DNA from: Isurus oxyrinchus
Taxonomy: Eukaryota
Assembly: GCA_026770705.1 (NCBI GenBank)
Contig: JANJGN010000116.1
Span: 682,001-746,000 of the forward strand
Reading direction: 5' to 3'
DNA length: 64,000 nucleotides
How positions within the stretch are numbered: the first letter of the stretch is position 1; each line of letters begins with the position of its first letter. Shown here in pieces: positions 63,280-64,000 of this stretch. The notes beneath the pieces were generated by a model that saw only the letters and a program-made list of their open reading frames with translations, had not been told where the DNA came from and ran no database searches. A program made the position numbers and the translations under genes.

Positions 63280-64000
63280 AGGAGCACGCACACACACCTC
63301 GACACACAGGCAAATGGAAATAGAACAAAGTTACATGCATCCATACTCACACAATCACATACAGACGCACTCATACAGAATCAGATAGAGACAATCACGC
63401 ACACGTGCACTCACAAAGGCATGTACACACAATGCCATAATCGGAAAAAACACACACATTAGACACACATTCCCAGGGAGACAGACAGGCACACATGCAC
63501 AAACACACACATACACTCACACACAGTCACAAATGAGACACACGCTGAGATAAAAAAAGCAGAAGAGAACAGACAGAAACACATAAATACACAAACGCAC
63601 ACGCAGAGCATGGACACTTTTACACATAGTCTCTCTGCAGCACACATGCACAAGCAGACACTTTCTCTCGCTATCCGTCTCTCTCTCTCTCTCTCTCTTG
63701 CTCTCTGTCACTCATACACACACAGACACAAGCACACTCAGCTTGGCATACAGAAGCATACACGAGCTGCTAGAAACAAACAACTCACATTCATGCACAT
63801 TCAAGAACACATACGTATACAAACACGAACCTGCGCACAGACAACCTTACGCTGTAGCACTCTCACACACACTCACAAAGGCAAACACATGCACGCATAC
63901 GCACAGAAGCACACAGAAACAGCCTCATACGCGTACATAATGACTCACGCACACAAACTATCACAGGAATACCGTGTATTTTACAAATGCATACACTCTT
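63280..64000. repeat. Imperfect CA-rich and (CT)n microsatellite in the GPCR intron
   Basis: Directly visible. Confidence 0.9.

Overview
This is eukaryotic, repeat-rich vertebrate DNA, not prokaryotic. The repeat content suggests a cartilaginous fish (shark), which is an inference: CR1 LINEs, a second LINE family with a 'gggcaataaatgctggc'-type tail, Penelope-type termini, a ~68-bp satellite and GPR139-like two-exon receptors. Three decaying multigene arrays sit among the transposon debris. (1) A GPR139/GPR142-like class A orphan GPCR family has three members: an open exon 2 (61715-62613, minus), a complete two-exon pseudogene (12720-15873, plus) and an orphan exon 1 with its start codon changed from ATG to ATT (39625-39694, minus). 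The two exon-1 copies share a conserved upstream block. (2) Three phase-2, 171-bp-type ribonuclease-inhibitor/NLR-type LRR exons lie in ~2.1-2.25 kb tandem units (about 4460-10470, minus), each disabled in a different way. (3) A decayed tRNA cluster contains three tRNA-Lys(UUU) pseudogenes in duplicated blocks, plus tRNA-Ser and possibly tRNA-Thr relics. Also present are a degenerate Gmr1-type Gypsy element (integrase before RT) with a related solo LTR, a near-full-length degenerate CR1, Penelope-derived hairpins and a 240-N assembly gap. All calls were made by eye without database searches, and repeat boundaries are approximate.
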